From assembly GCF_009914755.1 (NCBI RefSeq), contig NC_060943.1: a DNA stretch of 64,000 nucleotides; one strand, 5' to 3'. Origin of the DNA: the human T2T-CHM13v2.0 reference genome, Homo sapiens. The notes under the pieces were generated by a model. The model had not been told where the DNA came from. It did not search any database and saw only the letters and a list, made by a program, of their open reading frames with translations. This document shows positions 44,896 to 58,890 of this stretch, piece after piece. The translations under genes and the position numbers were made by a program. Each line of letters begins with the position of its first letter. Position 1 is the first letter of the stretch.

Positions 44896-46297
44896 CAAAT
44901 AAGCAAAAGAACATAGTTGAAAATAGGATGAACAGTAGGTGCCTGGGAAAGAAGGAAGTTGAAAATGGAGTTTGACCTTCAGGCACACCAAACTAATTGT
45001 CTTTATAATTTTGAGACAATTTTGCTAAACACGTGCCGCCCCACCCCACCCCTCACACACAGCTTCAAAGGTGATGGGGACACTAAGCCCCAAGCCATGC
45101 CACAAGCTTCACTCACTGTTGGCCTCTGTCCACTCACTTTAAGGCCATATTTTGGTTAGAAACTTTCTGTGGCAATGCTTGCATAAATCATATTAAATAT
45201 ATTCTTTGCTCAATGGTACTGTGCACCAGGGTAGCTAGCTGTGCCAAGACAGCTGCTAAATTAGAATGCTCTTAAATCAGCCGCAGATGCCTAAATGTTT
45301 ATAGCTTTGAAGTTCCCCCAGCCATGACTCCTCCTTCTCCTCCCACCAGCCTGATCTTTATGATGCTTTTTAAAGCCAGCTGCAGGGTAAGCAATGTTTG
45401 AAACTCAGCACAGGGACAGAGGGCAGCTGTGCACATGTGGGGTCAACCACAACCCCAAGGTGAGTCCAGCCCCGGCCTGTGAAGGATGGCAGGAAAATGA
45501 GGGAAAGGATTCTTTCTCACAGCAGAGTCATGGAGAGTCACAGCAGAATAGGCCCCAGGGGATATCCAGGTCTAGAATTCTCCAGCTTTTTCTCACCCAA
45601 GGCCCTGAGCTCAAACACAACCTTAAGTAGAAAACATAAACAAATGTACCAACAGGGTGGAATGAAAAGTGATTTTGTTTATTTTCAAAAAAAGCGCCAG
45701 CAGCTTCTCAGGCTGGGTGGAAGAATGTCACCTTAGAGCAGGTCTCTCTGAGAAGTGTCATGTGAGCGGCCCCCTCTGGCATGCAGTGGAAGGTGGGGGC
45801 ACCAGCAAAAGTGGGATAGGACATTTGGTGGCATCGTGCCCCCGGAGCGGAAGGGGAGGAGTGGGGGAGGAGGACACATTTGCAAAGGAGCCAAGGAACC
45901 TCCAGGAAGGAAAAGCATCAAGACCAACTCTTCCTTCTGGAGCTCTGACATGACGAGAAACTCTGGGGGGTTTGGATGGTCCTCACTGAGCCTCAGGGCC
46001 CCAGAAGAGAACCGCAAATGAGCTGAGTCCAGATTAGCGGTGGGGTGGGAGGATCAGTTCTAGGACATCAGGAAAAGAAGGCCACCTGGGCCCAGTGTTT
46101 TCTCTCTGAGAGGAGGAAGCATGGCAGTGACTGACAGGAGACTCCTGCTGCCGCCTTAGACTCTAAATGATGCTGGGTTAGGCCATCGGGAAGCACTGGG
46201 CTTCCCTGCCAGGCTAGACAGGTAAATGCTCAGAAATGAAGAGGAAAGAACTGCACCTGCACCTCAGGCTGATGGGTTACGCTAAACAGATGCAAGA

Positions 46298-46625
46298 GAC
46301 CAGGTGGGATGGCTCACGCCTGCAATCCCAGCACTTTGGGAGGTTGAAGTGGGAGGATCGCTTGAGGCCAGGAGTTTAAGAGCAGCCGGGACAACATAGC
46401 AAGACCCCATATCTACAAATTTTTTTTTTTAAAAAGAGATGGGTGTGAGGGCAGGCACCTGTAGTCCCAGCTATTCAGAAGACTAAGGTTGGACGACTGC
46501 TCGAACCCAAGGCTGAGACTGCAGTGAAGTGTAATCGTGCCCCACTACACCCCTGCCTGGGCAACAAAGACAGAACCCAGCTCTAAAAACAAATAGCAAG
46601 CAAACAAACAAACAAACAAAAAACC
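46298..46625 (+). mobile_element. AluJ
   Basis: Diverged dimer with (CAAA)n tail. Confidence 0.9.
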
Positions 46626-46819
46626 CAACAGAGGCGAGGCTGAGTGTAGAAGAAGCAGACTTTGCCAAGTTAGCTTTAAGTTGGAACCCGAAGTCTAAAG
46701 GCAGAGGTTGCTCACTGGCACTGGTCATGTCACTGTTAGATGCCCACAAAGTATAGACACTTGGAAGAAAATAGGTTTTACTACTGGAGACCCTCCCCAT
46801 GCACGTGGTGGAATGCATA

Positions 46820-47150
46820 AGGGTTCCAGTTCTTCCCCTTTCCTGTGTCCACATTTTTGCATCAAATCTGCCTAGGGGCAAAAGGAAATTCCCTGATGTT
46901 GGATGCAGTCACATGACTTGTTCTGGCCAATGAGACACTGGCAAGCATGGCCCACATGCTACACTTGTATGGTGCGGCTTCTCAGCCTGTGCCTCTACCA
47001 TCACCTGGGAAGGGAGAGACTTAGAGAAGAGCTGCCCTGCCAGAACTCAGTGCCAGCCACGTGAACTGCAGGAACCAGTGGCTGGGGTTTCGAGCCAGTG
47101 GCTTTTGGGTTGCTTTGCTATGTAGCATTTCTGTGGCAATAGCTAATACA
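46820..47150 (+). mobile_element. MLT1-type MaLR LTR
   Basis: 'gtcacatgacttgttctggccaatgag', 'tatgtagcatttctgtggcaatagctaataca'. Confidence 0.6.
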
Positions 47151-47499
47151 AAAATTCAAGAAGAAATGGGCAGACCAGTCGGCACTCCAGGGAGCACTGT
47201 CGCCTCTCTCAGCTGAAACAATGGGCTGTCCTGGAGCAGCTGGCAGCCCTCTCCTGAGGGCAGAACCATTAGGATGGTGTCTCCCAGGCCCTGCCCTTAA
47301 CCCTGCTCCTCATCTCTGCCCCCTCTCCCCCAACCCCAGCCCCAGAATCCCTGTGGGCCACACCATCTGTGCACCCTCTTCTGGATATTGATCCATCCCC
47401 AAGGTCCCTGTTATTCCAGAGACTAGGCTGGAATTGCAGCTGCTTCCTCAGGGTATTCTAGCAGAAGATAATGGAAAAAACCCAACTTGATTCTCTAGG

Positions 47500-47995
47500 A
47501 TATGGGTGTTATTAATGTTCTCCTGAAAGCAGAACTGAGCTGAGGACTTGGGTATAGTTGGTTTCTTTAGAATTTGATCCCAGGAAGCTGGAATAAGAAG
47601 TGCAGAGGGTGAGGAAGGAAAGGGAGAGAAGCTACGGTGGGTCTGCTGGGTTCGTTGCCACTGTGGGAAACTGAGGCTCCATCCTGCCGGGGACTGTCTG
47701 GGGAGCTGTAGAGAAAACACCTCAGACTCATCCCTCTAAGATATGGGAGGCTGGGGCATTTACCCACAGGTCCTATCCCCATGGAGAGCTGCTGTCCCTG
47801 GTATATCAATTACCTCCCACCAACCACAGCCATTCCCACCCTGCACCTGCCCTTGAGGGCTGAGTAAGTACACAGTTTGGAGAAATCCCTGAGAACCACT
47901 GAGAGCCTGGATGGCCTGAGGTGAGAAGCTTGCAGCCTGCAAATGAAGGCAGAGACAGGGCAGGAGGCAGCATGGGCACCAACTGGGGCTGCTAC
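47500..47995. mobile_element. LTR33/LTR16-like ERVL LTR
   Basis: 'gatcccaggaagc', 'gccactgtgggaaactgaggctccatcc', 'gtagagaaaacacctcag'. Same family pattern as 42922-44733. Confidence 0.5.
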
Positions 47996-48264
47996 ACTGA
48001 GGGCCCATAAGACAAGTATGTTAACTTTGCACTGTGATCTTGCTAGACCTTCACAGCAAACCCTGTCTTACGGGTAAAGAAACAGGCTCCAAGCAGTGAG
48101 TGACTTCACCAAGGCCAGCTAGCAAGTGATGACTTTTGTCCCCAAAGCCCTGGCAGCCAGATTCTGAATCCATTGTTCTTACCCTTGGCCTCAGGGCTTT
48201 CCCATTAACTAATTAATTTACTCAACAAATATTAATTATGATGTAGACACTGTGGTAGGTGATA

Positions 48265-48505
48265 TGGAGGATTGCCGAGTACAGTTGTACAATTTGTGCA
48301 CTGTGAAAAAATACCATATCTAGGTCACACCACAACAGCATAAAATGCTGTATTTATTATTCTAATTTTCTAGCAGATGGTAATAATGTGCCTTGTTCTA
48401 AAAAAAGTGTACTAAAACAATGTTCCAGTAGATATATGAAGAGTCCTGAGGAAGGGCCCTTGTCCACTTTGCAGAAAGGCACCATCTGGGCTCCTGGCAG
48501 CCCTG
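48265..48505. mobile_element. MER91-like hAT element within L2 remnants
   Basis: 'tacagttgtacaatttgtgcactg', terminal 'ggcagccctg'. Confidence 0.4.
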
Positions 48506-48972
48506 TGATCAGGGGAGTACAGTGTAAGAGTGAAACAGACACAGTTCCTGCTCTCATCAAAACTGTGGATTAGCCAGAGAGCCCCATGTCCGACTAAACA
48601 TGCCGCAATTTGTATTTATGCATATATTTATATATACCGTGGATGAAAAGAACCTAGTAGTCTTTGCTCAGAAAGCCTTTCCTGGCCTATCTCCCTGGAA
48701 GAAAGAAGAATGAGAAGAAACTACTCAGGCAAAAAGTGAGAGAGAGTGTTTCATCAGGAAGAGGGAACAGCAGGGGTTCAGGCAGGAGGGAGCTAGATAT
48801 GTCTAGGGAGCTTTTGGAAGGAGCCAGGAAAGGAGTGAGTTCAAGCGGGGGCGAGGGAAGAGGCAGACAGGGCAGGACACGCAGGGCCCTTAGAACAAGG
48901 TACGTGACTGAGGGCATGGGAAGCCACAGGAGGGTTAGAAGCAGCCTCATGGCACTAGCATCTGTACCACCA

Positions 48973-49252
48973 TTTTTTTTTTTTTTTTGAGACAGGGTCT
49001 CATTCTGTCGCCCAGATTGGAGTGCAGTGGCACGATCTTGGCTCACCGCAACCTCCGCCTCCCAGGCTCAAGTGATTCTCCTGCCTCAGCTTCCTGAGTA
49101 GCTGGCACTACAGGTGGGCGCCAACACGCCCAGCTAATTTTTGTATTTTTAGTAGAGACGGGGTTTCACCATGTTGGCCAGGTTGGTGTTGAACTCCTGA
49201 CCTCAAATGATCCAAAGTGCTGGGATTACAAGCGTCAGTCACCACACCTGGC
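48973..49252 (-). mobile_element. AluS
   Basis: Reverse dimer with a small deletion. Confidence 0.95.
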
Positions 49253-50293
49253 CATGCACCAGCTTTTTTTCAAAGCAGCCTGACCTGCTAATTTGCAGGA
49301 TAAGAGGGAAGCTGAAACAAGGCAAATTAGCAAATAGAAGAGACTTTTTTTTTCCCCTGGGGTAAGAAAGGGCCCTGTTCTTGAGTTCCATGCATTCCAC
49401 CAGCTCTGTGGAGAGTCAGCAGTGGTGGGCAAAGTAGCAGGCGTGACAGGTAAGCAGTCAGTCTGGGAGAAAATTGGAGGGAAAGCGGCGGTGGTGTTGA
49501 CTATTGTGTATGGGAGAAGAGATAGAGAAAGCTAACTAGGTGATGGGAGATCTCACCAACTGCAATTTCAGCTGTCCACAGCACCCTGAAGGCTGCAAAA
49601 CCACTGAATTATGCCGAGAAACTGAAGGAAGGAGACCACAGGGGGTTCACACCCTCAGGTGATGAATCTACTTCTAGCCCTGAATTTTTTTGTTTTCTAA
49701 CTGCTATTCAGAGTGGAGTCTGGAAAACTCCCATTTGCAATACTGAGATGCACCGCACACCCAAATAATACCTGGAGCAGGCACAGAGCAAGAGCTGAGT
49801 TGTTAGTGCCCAGCTCCCCTCACCTCACTTGGTCTCAGAAGAACTCTGGGAGGTGGCGATTCTCTACCAACGATGGAACTGAGGCGTGGGGGTAGGGTCA
49901 TTTTCTAGGATGACACAGCCAGTGAGTGTTCCAGTTGGGATCTGTGTCAGTCCAGCAGGTAAGCTCTTGGGTAAACACTATATGACCCCCCGCCCTCACC
50001 ACCCCCAGGCCTCCCCCTTAGTCTTCTCCGAATTCCAGCTTAAGTCATTCCTATTGTCTTCTACTGGAGCTTTTTCATCTCATCGCAGGTACATAAAATC
50101 GCCTTCCCTCTTCTGTCACAATTTGCCCTCCTCTCTTGGATTCAAAGGTCTCCCCTAGGAAACCTTCCCTGATCCTGTGTGATGGGGCTGTCCGCATAGT
50201 TCCACATGTGACTGTGTGTACACGCATGTGCATCTGAAGTAACATGCCCATTTTTCATGAACTGAGACTCAAGGAAGTCAAATGCAAAACAAG

Positions 50294-50641
<348 letters not shown>

Positions 50642-50704
50642 TTAAAAACAAAATGCAATTCTCATTGAGATGGAGTGTTTCTAAGACAGTAGGACCTTAT
50701 GTCT

Positions 50705-51138
50705 TGTGGAAAAAAAAAGACTCAGGACCCCAATGCATTCTGCCATAAGGAAAAAATTAAGGTGAAAGCTGAGACAGGCAATAAGTTGCCTCTGCATTTG
50801 TTCCTGAGCAGAGCTACAGAAAAAAGGTTAAAGATGAGCTTTTCTTATGTAAACTGCTGATTTACTGAGCGAGAGAGGACTTGTGACTGACTACTCCCTG
50901 CACTACTCCTCCTTTTCCCTTGCCACATGTAGATTCAGTAACGTGACCATGCTCTTCCTTTTGGCTCTCCAGCCTGCTCTTCCCCTTTAAATAGTGAAGC
51001 CCTCAGGGTTATCTTTGGAGAAGGCACAGAGCACAGACTGTTTTTGGGATTCTGTATTCCTTTCTTCCAGGCATGTCCTTAACCTTGGCAAAATAAACTT
51101 CTAAATTGATTGAGAACTGCCTCAGATACTTTTGTTTG
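50705..51138 (+). mobile_element. MER4-group ERV1 solo LTR
   Basis: 'tgtggaaaaaaaaagactcaggacccc' to 'ccttaaccttggcaaaataaacttctaaattgattgag'. Confidence 0.75.
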
Positions 51139-52391
51139 TCTGCCCTCCACTCTCCCACCGTATGGACATTTGAGAAATCAATCCCAATGAAATAAATACA
51201 GGCTGCTGTAATTGTGGCAGTTCATTAGGAATATAGAATTTTTTTAAGGCTTCAAGGCCAAATACCTGCTGATATAGTCAATAGCAAATACTAATAACTG
51301 CATGCAGAGAACAGCAGTGACAGACCAGGCAACTGCGATATACATGAAGGCATATTCCTCATGAATATTCAAGGCCTTCTTCTAGGAAGAATTAGGCACA
51401 TGGTTGCCTGACTGGGTAAACAGGTGATCAGCGTTTGCAGCAGATCCGATGTAAAAATATGGCAGCTGATGTCAGCATTGAGGCCATATGCCAGAAAACA
51501 GTATGGGGAAGTCTTCCTGGTAAAAAAGCACCTCTGAAGATCAAAATGGCCCCCTAAGTGACAGCCCTGAGCAGTCATTTTGATATTTGTCCATAACAAA
51601 GTGGGGAATGTCAACCAAATGGCCTGAAGGTAATGGCAAACAGGCATAAAGGACGCAGCTTCCAGGCCTGGCAGGAGCCAGGAGGCCCAGGTCTGAGTCT
51701 TGCTTCTGTCAAAACCCTTTTCATCTCCTGCCCTCCTTCTAAGGCCACTGCCACCTCTGATGTTCCATGATTCATGCGTGGAGGAAATGCACACTCCTCT
51801 TCCGTAATGCTAATGCGGCTTCTGGCTGTGTGGACCGTGCACCAGATGTTGTGCTAAGCGCTTCACAGTGGAGCACACTGCTCTGACCTCGGGCTCCAGC
51901 TCGGTGTGGAAGATGCGGTTCCACTCTCTTATTTGATCTTCACATCAAGAAACAAGTCTATTATTCAAATTAACATTCAAGATGCTTATAGTAAAATGGA
52001 ATGGCATAAACTCTGCAAGGATAAACAGCCATCTCCTTGCTCTCTTGGAGCAATTCAACGGGCCTCACAGGGGAAGAGGCCACCAGCTGCTTACTGACTT
52101 TGCTTGGCTCAGCACCATGTGCACAGGTATTGCCCTATAGCACTGCACAAACAAAGCCTGTATGCTATACTGGTGGTGACTGAAGGGATTTTTCGAGGCC
52201 TGATTTAGCAACCGGCATTATACCACTAGGCCTGGCATTTCATTCCAGGTCGGGGTCTGCAAACACCTTCAGGGGCAGTTAAGGCATGACTGGCTAATCC
52301 ACCTGGAGGGTCACAGCTATGACTGCCTCACCTTTTCTAAACAGGCCAACAGTGGTGTGTATGAGGACAACACTCCCCCAAAGCTGTACCC

Positions 52392-52394
<3 letters not shown>

Positions 52395-52437
<43 letters not shown>

Positions 52438-52490
52438 ATACACACACGCACACAGTAATACACACACTCATACACACATGCACACACAAG
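52395..52490 (+). repeat. (CA)n microsatellite with degenerate extension
   Basis: Direct inspection. Confidence 0.95.
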
Positions 52491-55400
52491 CTCATATGGT
52501 ACATACCTTGAGAGAAACTGTTCTTGACAAATCACTACTACCTCCTACCATCAATGAACTTGAGTCCTCACAACTAGGAGGAATGGAACCCCAGCCCACT
52601 GGGAAAGGTAGAAACTGAATATTAGAGCAGCAAGTAATTTGGAATAATCTTATGACTCATTAAACCTTCAAAACTTAAAGAGATGTTTATTTTACACTCC
52701 ACCTAAAATTCAGCAGTTAGCACACCTTCCATCCCCTTCCTCGTGGGCAGGACAGCACAGCTAATCAGCACTCGGCTCTTGCCTCTGGGTGAACTAAATC
52801 TGTCTTCAGTCACAACGGACCTAAGCTTAATGAGTTCCATCTGGTCTTCGTGGAAAGCCACCTGCACCACACAAAAAGGCAGGGAAGTTTCCCTGGGAAG
52901 GCATTGGGACCTGAGGCTGGGGGGACCTCTGGGGCTGGCACCAACCCTCAGGTGGCCTTGATCTGGAGGAGACAGCACTGTCTCAGGGCTTGTAGGGGCA
53001 CCACGTGGGCTCCTGACCATGCCATCCCTCACGTGAGCTCCATTCTGTTCCATTAGAAGCCTCTCTAGATGCCCAGCTCTCCAGTAGCCATCTTGACTTT
53101 CCCCTCTCCTCAGCTCCTAGACTGGTAGCCCATTGGAGAATTAGCTTGTGTTTCTAGCTGGTGCCAGGAAGATATCTGGGTCACCTTTGGGGGAAGTGAT
53201 TGCAGGGTGGTGCAGGATATTCCTGGGGGGACTCGTTGCAAGGGTACTGCCTGAGGAAGCATCTCTGCTCCTTTGCAGACCACCTTAGGTGCAGCCAGGC
53301 GCCACCCTAGAGGAGAGAAGCATTATCATAGTTTCATTGGAAGAAGAAGTTTCCAGTGACGTTGGTTGCCCCTTATCCCACATCAGTCCTTTTGTGTCTG
53401 GAAGGCTTGGACCCATTGCAGGAACATGCTCTCCTATATATGGAGGGTGTGGAATGCCCAAGGGGCTTTGGGAGTGGTCCATGGTGGACCTGGGACTGGG
53501 TAGTGGGTGGGGAACAAGGTTCTGAGGTAACTGAAGCCCAGACCTCTAGGCAGAGAGGCTGCTCAGGGGAACGGCTGTGGGCATGATGAGACCCATCACT
53601 ATCTCATGTTCTCAGCCTCCATCACCGCTGTCAACCCTGTCCCCAGCTCCAGACTGCTTCTCTGTTTCCAACACTCAGCTCCCTCCATAACCTCCTGTTA
53701 ACTTATGCCTCAGTCTCTCTCTAAAACTCAGAGTACTCTCCCTAAAACATCTTTCCCTTTAGCACTGCCAGGCTGGAAACTTCAGGGGCTGCTCACTGAT
53801 GCCCAGACGAACTCCACATGCCTTGGTCCTCTGCAATCCAGGTGCCCTCTGCTCCCACCGCCCTGCCAGTGCCTCTGCCCTGCCCCTTCCTATGCAGAAC
53901 TTGTCACAGCCCAGCCCTGGGCCCACCACCTCCATGAAGCCTTCCTGGCCTCACCACTCCAGCCTACACCACTTCTCCCTCCCTAGGGCCTGTCCCCTGC
54001 ACCCTTCCCTTGTTCCTGCCTCTTGATAACACTTCCGGGAGCATGTCATTATCACATGTCTTTGATTCTAAGACTCACATTTTTTTACATGTCAACCTCT
54101 CTGAAACAGGGATGCAGCAGTAAAAAGGAGGCCCACCATGACTAGCTCCATGTATGCCAAGCTCACTCTGGGACAAATTTTGTTTCTGGTTTAAAGCAAG
54201 GATGACCACAGCAGGGGTCAGTGATGTCTCCTGGCCTGAAGCAGCTTTAGGCTGCAACTCTCCTAAATGGCTCTGAGGGGGACCCTGCACAAGCCACCAG
54301 CCCCTCAAAGGGACAGCAGGGAGACATTGATGTGTCTCCTCTTCTCATCCTCTATTGTTTCTGGAGACAAAAGAAGCCCTTGAAATATTTATTGGAGTAA
54401 TAAAATGTCATTTAATTCCTTGAGCCTAAGGAAGAGTGGATGAAGACCTGTTCCCAGGGGTTGTCCCTGAGCCTCCCCCCGGGACATGCCAAAGCTGCCT
54501 CAGATAAATTCTCTTAAAAGTGGAAAATGTCTCTGCCTGAGGCTGCAGAGTGATCGCTAATGGAAGAGGCCTCACCTGCTTCCTGTCACCACCAAAAGGT
54601 TCGTGATTTTGACAGCTCAGCCCTGGGGAGGAGCTGGATTCAGGCCGGGCTGCCAGTCCCTCGCATGCTAGATGTGCTCAGATGTGTCCCTGGCGATTAG
54701 TGTCACAGCAGGCAGGGGCATGAGTGTCTCCAGGAAAGGGCCCTTCCCCCTGCATGTATCAGGAGAAGTAGGACTGGACGCCAGATACAGCAAAACAAGC
54801 CAAGAAGCCAGGCCTGGGAGCACCATGGCCGTTAGATGCGGGCTCTTCCAGCTGGACAGACCGGCAGTTCTGGATCTTAACTTCAGGCGAGTGAGGCTTA
54901 GGGGAGCAGGCTGGCTCCAGGTCATGCAGGAGCAGGGCCACTGGCCCTTTACCCTGTGGGGTTAGGAAAGCTCAATATTGGAAACGGGGCCCAGAGGAGA
55001 CAGCATCCAGGGGCTGTTCATGGAGACCACAAATCCGGCCTCGGGTAACAACACCCTCTCTGCGAAGAACAGAACCCACCTACCCAGGAGCCCTACAGCC
55101 AATTCCAATAGCAAATAGAAACCAGCATCATCAGAAAGGGCCAAAGGGTGAGGAAACAGCCACTTTCACTTGAGGTAGTCAGGAAGGCTTCAAGGAGGAT
55201 TTTCAGTGCACAGAGTACAGGATGAGGAGAGTGAGTTTTCCAGGAGGAGCACGTGGCAAGAGCCAGGGCCCCATGATACGATGTCCCCAGCCCTGTGATA
55301 TGATGTCCCCAGGGGTCCCCACCAGCCCAGCAGCCACTGGGGAAATATCTGCAGGTGCATCAGGGCCTTGGGGAGGCAGCAAGGTGGGAAAGATCAAATG

Positions 55401-56817
55401 GAGACCATGCTTGTTTGGCACCCACAGCCCATCTCAAAGTCCTTGCTGGAATGCTTCCCAAGACACCCATCAGTCTTCCAGAAAGTTCTCCCTCATGTCT
55501 ATCAGCAAAAATCTTACACTTTGTCCTCATAGGTTTTCAGGGGCCTGAGGCCACTTTCTAGAATAAAAACTGAATAGATGCAAAACACAGTGGTGTATTT
55601 ATTTTATGTTCACCTTTTATAAGTATTTTCAAATACATGTAAGTATCAGAGTATAATGAACCCTTTTATACCCATTACTCAATGTCAATAATTACCAACA
55701 TTTTGACAGCCCTGTTTCATCTGTTATTCCCACCTCCATCGCCTTGAGGTATATTTAAAATTCAGCAAATAAAGACAGTTTTTAAGACCAAAAATAGGAA
55801 AAAAATGATCTATATAGCTGATGCTTACATGCTAGTTACAGAATTTGTAAAAATGGGTATGCATTCATGGTGTGCCTGAGGCAGTGCACGCCGAGAATGG
55901 AACGTCAATCTGAGCTGCTGGGTAAACATCTTCTTACTCTCCATCAGAGCATCCGTGAAACTGCCGCAGAGAGATGTGCATCATCTGAGTGTGGAGCCCT
56001 GCAGGGATGGGACCCTCATGGCTGGGACAGACCCTGCCCCAGCCAGCCCCCAAGTGCAGCCAGGACCACAGCTGGGGTGGGAGGACAGGGGCTGAAAGGG
56101 AAGTGGCAGTGCTTGTGACATTAGAACCCTCCTGGGCTGTCACTGAAAAACTCCTCCTTCCAGCTCTCCCTGCCCCTGCCAGCTCACTTGCATGGTACAG
56201 AACTTGGCTATTAGAGTCAACGCACCAATCGAGCCTTTCATCCAGTGGCCTGCAGACACTGGCATGGCAACAGAAGAAAAAACTGTGAAAGTCTCATTCG
56301 ACTTGTCTTCCTTCTGTTTTGAAGGGAAAAAGAAAATGTGTCCTGGCAGTCATCATTACTGACTTGGTGAAATATCGTCTTTAATCTTAAGATCTGAACA
56401 ACCCCTGTAGGTGGGCATTTTTGTTTTCTGTCTTCCCACAAGCAATTAGAAGTTTCTGCTAAGATAGTTAATTCCCTTTTTATTTTCACTCAAATACTCT
56501 TAACAGAATCATGCAGACTCCACATTGTCTAATTAGAGAGCATTTACAATGGTATCATGAGATTATAAAACAAATGTGTGATGAAATGTGTGTGAAAATC
56601 AGAGCACGGTGAGGCCTCAGAGTGGTGTGTGTATAGACAGTGCCAGCTTAGATGCGTATTTCCAAGGGGTCGTTGCCACCTAGCCCCTCCTGGAAGAAGC
56701 CAATGCAAAAGAAAGCTAACCCCCAAAATGTAGGGGGTTAGTGGTCCTGAGGACCCTGGAGCCAGGGAGAACAATGGCTTCCGTCTCATTACATCTTGGC
56801 CCTTCCTGCACATCCCA

Positions 56818-57473
56818 TGCAACCCAAAAAGTTACCAAGACAGGTCTCAGTAAATTCAGAGGTTTATTTTGCCAAGGTTGAGGACGCACCTGGGAAGAAG
56901 AAACACAAGTCCCAGTAGGATTTGTGACCTGTGCTTTTTCAGGATGGTTTTGAGGACTTCAATATTTAAAGGGGAAAGAGCGATAGAAGAGAGGGAGGGA
57001 TGAAAAAAGGGGGGAGGGTAGGCAGTGAGGCCAGTGGTTGTGTGCTCATGAGGCTTTGCTTAGTGCTCAGTGAATCTACATTTTACATGTGAAAAGATGG
57101 GTAGAGAAACAGTCAATTATCCACATTTTACATAAGATAAAGTAAGCATGTAGGCCGTGCCTCACACCTGTAATCCCAGCGCTTTGGGAAGCCAAGGAGG
57201 GAGAGTCTCCTGGGGGCAGAGGATCACTTGATGTCAGGAGTTTGAGACCAGCTGGGGCAACATAGTGAGACTCCAACTCTATTTATTTAAAAAAAATCAT
57301 TAATAAATAATTTTAAACATTTAAAAATAATAGGAAGAGAAAGTAAGCATGTGAAATTACAGCTGTCTGCCTGGGAACATAAAAAAGAAGGCAGAATAGG
57401 TGACTCAGCTCCCAAGCTTAACTTGTCCTTTGGCATAGTGAATTTGGAGTCCCCAAAATCTACTTTCTTTCAC
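56818..57473 (-). mobile_element. MER4A-like ERV1 solo LTR, interrupted by an Alu monomer
   Basis: 'gacaggtctcag...aggtttattttgccaaggttgaggacgcacc' to terminal 'ttctttcaca'. Confidence 0.8.
57152..57339 (+). mobile_element. FLAM-like Alu monomer with AT-rich tail
   Basis: TSD aaagtaagcatgt at 57139-57151 and 57340-57352. Confidence 0.8.
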
Positions 57474-57889
57474 ATCCACATACCCCTTCCTGAAGACCCA
57501 GCCCCAGGCTCAGACACACCCGCTGGGACCCTGATCGTGGAGTAAGCACATGTGCCCCTGGACTCCCAGCCTGCCTGGCGCCGCCTGCCTCTCCATCCTC
57601 CTTTCCTGCTGCTCTTGTCTCGCTTACGCTCTAGGTTTGCACTGCACTGGGCCCATCTCTCTCCCTTTCAACAGCCAAGCCCTCTCCCATGGAGGGGGAG
57701 CTCCAGATCTTCAGGACACACTCCCCTGTTTTGGGGCTGACTTCTTGTCTTTCTGTATTTGGCTGAAATGTTGCCTCCTCAGACAGGCCACCTGTCAGCT
57801 TTTGTCATTCTCTGCCCCATTCTGAGTTACCTCCACAGCGCTCCCCATCATCTCTGTTTTCTCTGCTTTCACACATTCTGTATTCCACA

Positions 57890-58025
57890 CTAAAATGGAG
57901 GCTGTGTGGAGAAGGGACCATGCTCATCTTACTCAGGCTTTGAGCCCTAGCACCGGGAAACCACAGGGCCCGGTACACAGGAGACACAAGGTGAAAACAT
58001 GAAATGAACGAGCAAATGAATGAAA
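57890..58025 (+). mobile_element. L2 3' end
   Basis: 'gagccctagcac', tail 'aaatgaatgaa'. Confidence 0.5.
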
Positions 58026-58042
58026 GCACAAACAGAGTGGAG

Positions 58043-58258
58043 GCCCCTTTGGGAGACTGCCACAGCCCCACAGGGGAGCACGCTGCAGGTGGGAAAGCCC
58101 CTTTGGGAGACTGCCACAGCCCCGCAGGGGAGCACGCTGCAGGTGGGAAAGCCCCTTTGGGAGACTGCCACAGCCCCGCAGGGGAGCATGCTGCAGGTGG
58201 CAAAGCCCCTTTGGGAGACTGCCACAGCCCCGCAGGGGAGCATGCTGCAGGTGGGAAA
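58043..58258. repeat. Minisatellite, 4 x 54 bp, GC-rich
   Basis: Units at 58043, 58097, 58151, 58205 (gcccctttgggagactgccacagccccgcaggggagcacgctgcaggtgggaaa). Confidence 0.95.
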
Positions 58259-58506
58259 GGCTGCCCAACACTTGATGTGATCCTGTCTGGCGCTAGAATT
58301 AGTGAATAAAATTCAATTCAATTCAGAAAACCTTTACTGAGGCTTATTGGGGCCTGGGTGGTTAGAACTTGTGCAAGCTGTTATGGATCCAAGATCTCCT
58401 CTACGTAGGAACTGGAGCTTCGTAAGGCCCCTGACCAAGCCACAGAGAAGATTCTATCTTGGCTCTCTCCCTCCCCTTGGCTATTCTTTCTCTGATTCTT
58501 TTACAG

Positions 58507-58715
58507 CAGTTTCTCAACCTTGGCAGGATTGAGGCTTGGGGCCAGATAATTCTTTGTGGTGGGGTCTGTTGCACTGTACCTTGTAGGATGGTCACCAGCA
58601 TCTGTGGTCTCCACTCACTAAATGGCAATAGCACTCCCATCTCCAGTGGTGACAACCAAAGATGTCTCCAACTATTGCCAAATATCCCCTGGGGCAAAAC
58701 TCTCTTGAGAACCTC
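58507..58715 (-). mobile_element. MER20
   Basis: 'cagtttctcaaccttggc', 'ggggccagataattctttg', 'gacaaccaaagatgtctcc'. Confidence 0.85.
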
Positions 58716-58890
58716 TGCATTACAGACTTTTCAACTCCTGATTTCTAAACATCAGAATGAACAAGACTCATGCAGATGGGTTTTAAAACCTTGAAATTGG
58801 ATGAGATTCACCGGGCAGTGAGCGTAGACAAAGAAGAGTGTGAGGAGAGGTGACTCCTGTATACATATCTCCATTCTGGGCCTCTTCCCT

